Below the pieces are notes generated by a model. That model worked only from the letters and a program-made list of their open reading frames with translations. It had not been told where the DNA came from and ran no database searches. Source: Nitrospirota bacterium (lineage in GTDB: Bacteria; Nitrospirota; UBA9217). Taken from it: 64,000 bases of DNA. A program made the position numbers and the translations under genes. Of the stretch, positions 60,417 to 64,000 are shown in pieces; positions within the stretch are counted from its first letter, which is position 1, and the number at the start of each line of letters is the position of its first letter. The stretch covers positions 32,001 to 96,000 of the forward strand of contig CAVWHO010000010.1 of assembly GCA_963754875.1 (NCBI GenBank), given 5' to 3'.

Positions 60417-62870
60417 ATGTCTATGGACGACCTCAAGACCATACTGGACCGGATCAGGAAGCCGCTTGCTTTCGCCGGCAAGGACAACTTTGCACACCTG
60501 CACAGTATTGCTGCTCTGGAGCCTTTCATCCGGACGCAGGTTGAGGAATTGAAGCGCATTGCGAAAGTGCGTCCCGAGATATTGGAAATTGAAAGCCTGT
60601 TTATCGGCTTTGACAATCTTTCGCCCGAGCTGAAGAAAGAGCGCATTATCAGGGCACGTAGGGTGATAGATTCGTTCGAGCAGGATAAGCAAGCACTGCA
60701 TCCCGAAAGCCGTACGCCTTCCGGCAAACCTGTCGTTTCGCCAATTATACCGGAACCGTCCACGACCCTCCGGCTCGATACTCCCATTCAATACTGCAAA
60801 GGCATCGGTCCGAAGAGGGCAGAAATGCTCCGTAAACTCGGCATTTCCACGGTTGAAGACGCCCTGGAATACCTTCCCTGGCGTTACGAAGACCGGGGTC
60901 ATCTCAAGAAGATCGGCAGGATCTCGTACGGATCATACGAGACCGTCACTGGAGAAGTTGTTTCTGCTGAAGTAGTCTCTACCAAACGTCAGCGGGTAAA
61001 GGTATTTGAACTCCTCATCACGGACAAGAGCGGCATGCTGGTCGGTTCCTGGTTCAACCAGCCTTTTATGCTGAAAATGTTCAAAAAAGGCCAGAAGGTG
61101 ATCCTCTCCGGGATTGTCAAATCAAACCCCTATAAAAGCGGCATAGCACAGATCGATAACCCCGATTATGAGATCATGGAGGACAATGAGGCAGATAATC
61201 TTATCCACACAGGCAGGACCGTTCCGATCTACCGGACGACTGCCGGCTTGTCTGTCCGCTATCTCCGAAGCATGATGAAGACCATCCTTGATTCCTGCGG
61301 CGCCACGGTGCCGGAGATGCTGCCTCAGGAAATCGTCAACAAGTATTCTCTTATGCCTGTAACGGATGCTTACTTCGAAGTCCATTTCCCCACTTTCGAG
61401 AAAGACATTTCAGTTTTAAATCGCGGTATGAGCGCGGCCCACCGGAGGTTGAGCTTTGAGGAACTGTTTGTTCTTGAACTGGGGCTTGCCCTCAGAAAAC
61501 GCGGCGTCATAACGGAAAAGAAGGGAATCTCGTTCAAGCCGCTGGACAGCCTCGAAGTCCAACTGAGGAAGAGCCTGCCCTTCAAATTAACGAACGCCCA
61601 GGAACGGGTGCTCGCCGAGATCAAGCGAGACATGACTACTGAGCGGCCCATGAACCGGCTGGTGCAAGGCGATGTAGGGTCCGGCAAGACCGTCGTCGCC
61701 ATGATTGCGTCGCTTCTTGCCGTCGAGAATGCCTATCAGGCCTGCATCATGGCGCCGACCGAGATCCTCGCAGAACAGCATTACAAGAACATGACTGCCA
61801 TGGCGCAACCTCTTGGGATTCTTGTCCGGTCCCTCACCGGCAGCCTCAAAAAAAAGGAAAAAGAAGCTGTGCTCGCGGATATCGAGTCCGGTACAGCGCA
61901 GATCGTCGTCGGCACCCATGCGCTCATCGAAGCGCAGGTGCAGTTCAAGCGGCTCGGTCTTGCCGTGATCGACGAACAGCATCGGTTCGGCGTAATGCAG
62001 CGCTCGACGCTCACGTCCAAGGGGTACGAGCCGGATGTGCTGGTCATGACCGCGACGCCTATTCCGCGCACGCTGGCAATTACGGTCTACGGCGACCTTG
62101 ACGTGTCCGTGATCGACGAGATGCCTGCAGGCAGGAGCCCGGTCATCACCCGGCTTTTTTTCGAAAGTAAGCGGCGCGAGGCGTATGAATTCCTCGAAAG
62201 TGAACTCAAAAAAGGCCGCCAGGTCTACGTGGTCTATCCTCTCGTGGAAGAGACCGAAAAGAGCGATCTCAAGGCCGCCACGGAGATGGCAGCCCATATG
62301 CAGAAAGACATCTTTCCTCACTGGAATATCGGCCTGCTCCACGGGAGGATGAAAGGGGCAGAGAAGGAAGCGGTCATGGCGTCCTTCAATGCCGGAACGA
62401 TCAACATCCTCGTTTCGACCACGGTGATCGAAGTCGGCGTGGACGTACCGAATGCTACCGTCATGGTGATCGAGCACCCCGAGCGTTTCGGCCTGGCCCA
62501 GCTCCACCAGTTGCGCGGACGTGTCGGACGGGGCGCTCACCAGTCGTACTGCATTCTCATGGGGCCGCGAATGTTCGCCGAGGAAGCACGGGAACGCCTC
62601 ATGGCTTTCAGCCGGACGAACGACGGCTTTAAAATCGCCGAGGAGGACCTTCGTCTGCGGGGCCCGGGAGAGTTTTTCGGCACGCGGCAATCCGGCCTTC
62701 CGGACCTGCGTGCTGCAAACCTCATCCGTGACGCCGATTTGCTCGAAAAAGCGAGAACAGAAGCGTTCGCCCTGGTTCTCCGCGATTCGCAGCTTGCTCA
62801 GTATCCCAACCTCCGTGAACTGATGAAAAGGAAGTGGCAGGGAAAACTCGGTCTCATCAACGTAGGTTGA
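60417..62870 (+). CDS. recG: ATP-dependent DNA helicase RecG with N-terminal extension
   Basis: QGDVGSGKT, DEQHRFG, TATPIPR, QLHQLRGRVGRG, DLRLRGPGE. Confidence 0.98.
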   Translation: MSMDDLKTILDRIRKPLAFAGKDNFAHLHSIAALEPFIRTQVEELKRIAKVRPEILEIESLFIGFDNLSPELKKERIIRARRVIDSFEQDKQALHPESRTPSGKPVVSPIIPEPSTTLRLDTPIQYCKGIGPKRAEMLRKLGISTVEDALEYLPWRYEDRGHLKKIGRISYGSYETVTGEVVSAEVVSTKRQRVKVFELLITDKSGMLVGSWFNQPFMLKMFKKGQKVILSGIVKSNPYKSGIAQIDNPDYEIMEDNEADNLIHTGRTVPIYRTTAGLSVRYLRSMMKTILDSCGATVPEMLPQEIVNKYSLMPVTDAYFEVHFPTFEKDISVLNRGMSAAHRRLSFEELFVLELGLALRKRGVITEKKGISFKPLDSLEVQLRKSLPFKLTNAQERVLAEIKRDMTTERPMNRLVQGDVGSGKTVVAMIASLLAVENAYQACIMAPTEILAEQHYKNMTAMAQPLGILVRSLTGSLKKKEKEAVLADIESGTAQIVVGTHALIEAQVQFKRLGLAVIDEQHRFGVMQRSTLTSKGYEPDVLVMTATPIPRTLAITVYGDLDVSVIDEMPAGRSPVITRLFFESKRREAYEFLESELKKGRQVYVVYPLVEETEKSDLKAATEMAAHMQKDIFPHWNIGLLHGRMKGAEKEAVMASFNAGTINILVSTTVIEVGVDVPNATVMVIEHPERFGLAQLHQLRGRVGRGAHQSYCILMGPRMFAEEARERLMAFSRTNDGFKIAEEDLRLRGPGEFFGTRQSGLPDLRAANLIRDADLLEKARTEAFALVLRDSQLAQYPNLRELMKRKWQGKLGLINVG

Positions 62871-62990
62871 TATTTCCACATTATTCTGATACATTAACTT
62901 CACCGGGCACGAGGCTGGAGGGGGCGGGGCAGGGAAGCAACGGAGCGTTTTTAATTGTAATCCGGCACGGGTCCGTCTCAAGGAGTCATC

Positions 62991-63359
62991 ATGAACATCT
63001 GGGAAAAAGTTGTCCTGAACCTGCAGAAGGGAACGAAGAAGGTAGCTGCGGCTGCCGCGACCTTTGCTGAACGGGTAAGGGCGGAAGTCGCCATCGTGCG
63101 GCTTCGCCTGCGTATAGATGAAGTCAATGCCCGTATCGCCGAGCTGCATCGGACAATCGGCCGCAAGCTCGTGGAACTGCAGAAGAAAGACGCCCTGCCC
63201 AAAACGACCGATCAATTGCTCAAGGATGAGGACATCGTTGCTGCCATTGTCGAGCTTGCCGACCGTGAACAGGAAATCGGGGAGTTGAATAAGCAGATCA
63301 AAAACATTCAGACCGATATTAAAACAACCGTCCGGCACACGGAGGACAGGATCGTATGA
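62991..63359 (+). CDS. Hypothetical coiled-coil protein
   Basis: SD AAGGAG; heptad-rich 122 aa; stop overlaps the next start (ATGA). Confidence 0.7.
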   Translation: MNIWEKVVLNLQKGTKKVAAAAATFAERVRAEVAIVRLRLRIDEVNARIAELHRTIGRKLVELQKKDALPKTTDQLLKDEDIVAAIVELADREQEIGELNKQIKNIQTDIKTTVRHTEDRIV

Positions 63360-64000
63360 TAACCCTGGTAACACTCCTTTTCGGTCTTATCGTCGGAAGC
63401 TTCCTGAACGTCTGTATCGTGCGCTTGCCCCGCGGAGGGTCCATCGCGACCCCTCCCTCGCACTGTCCGCGGTGCCGGACCCCGATCAGATTTTATGACA
63501 ATATCCCGATTATCAGCTTTCTTGCCCTCAGGGGAAAATGCAGGAGCTGCGGAGAACCGATTTCGTGGCGCTATCCTTTCGTTGAATTGATGAACGGGCT
63601 GTTCTACGTCTGGATCTTGAACGAGTTCGGACTGAACGGAGAAGCAGGTCTCATGATGGCTTTCTGCTCGTCCCTTATTGTCATAACCTTTATCGATTTT
63701 GACCATCAGATCATCCCTGACGTGATCACGATTCCGGGGATGCTCATCGGGCTGTCGCTCGCCCCGTTCTTCATGTATCCGCTCACCGACCAGTTGCCGT
63801 TCCATCTTAACCGGCTGCTGCCGCATGCGGGACCTTATCTCACTGCGTTCATGAATTCTCTCATCGGGCTCATTCTCGGCGGCGGGCCGCTTTTGGCCAT
63901 CGGCTGGCTTTGGGAGAAACTCAGGCACATCGAGGCAATGGGCGGCGGTGACATCAAACTCATGGGCATGGTCGGGAGCTTCCTGGGCTGGAAGGGCGCA
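63356..64000 (+). CDS. pilD: Prepilin peptidase (truncated by window end)
   Basis: MITLVTLLFGLIVGSFLNVCIVRLP...SHCPRC...NIPIISF..LRGKCRSC...ISWRYP, FIDFDHQIIPD, MGGGDIKL. Confidence 0.96.
   Translation, partial: MITLVTLLFGLIVGSFLNVCIVRLPRGGSIATPPSHCPRCRTPIRFYDNIPIISFLALRGKCRSCGEPISWRYPFVELMNGLFYVWILNEFGLNGEAGLMMAFCSSLIVITFIDFDHQIIPDVITIPGMLIGLSLAPFFMYPLTDQLPFHLNRLLPHAGPYLTAFMNSLIGLILGGGPLLAIGWLWEKLRHIEAMGGGDIKLMGMVGSFLGWKGA

Noticed and set aside
61587..63374. 595-aa antisense ORF (similarly 46694-47872, 637-1629, 9286-10257)
   Set aside because: Shadow ORFs opposite well-conserved genes in GC-rich coding DNA; no motifs
63308..63928. 206-aa minus-strand ORF
   Set aside because: Antisense to pilD, which the ORF track misses because it runs off the window end
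1..64000. Prophage, integrase, transposase, defence system, tRNA or rRNA genes
   Set aside because: No supporting motifs found by inspection; nearly all coding space is explained by the listed genes

Overview
A 64-kb stretch of core bacterial chromosome from a diderm organism. Gene repertoire and order (thrS-infC-rpmI-rplT, lepA-lepB-DUF4845-yicC-remA-gmk-rpoZ-coaBC, c7 cytochrome, archease-rtcB) are most compatible with Nitrospirota or a deltaproteobacteria-like lineage (inference). Contents: (i) translation genes, including infC with an ATC start and prfB with its programmed +1 frameshift; (ii) a cobalamin uptake/salvage locus (btuFCD, DUF71/Dph6-like ATPase, cobQ, btuB, tonB, cbiB) with two cobalamin riboswitches, running into metK and a betaproteobacterial-looking ahcY under an SAH riboswitch; (iii) an energy block with SorAB-type sulfite dehydrogenase plus a c6-like cytochrome, and a Tat-exported group 1 [NiFe]-hydrogenase with unusual FeS ligands, an in-frame hypC-hypA fusion, hypB and hypF; (iv) two-component systems, including a Cache-domain kinase with a periplasmic CxxCH motif; (v) housekeeping genes and a disulfide oxidoreductase-amrS-archease-rtcB-recG-pilD run. 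Short-period repeats (mainly 7 nt) fill several intergenic spaces and also sit in frame inside cobQ, cbiB and hypF. About 14 single-base indels, nearly all insertions, break 8 otherwise intact genes and look like long-read consensus errors. I saw no rRNA, tRNA, CRISPR array, integrase or transposase, and no single clearly novel multi-gene system. All calls come from reading the sequence; no database search was run.
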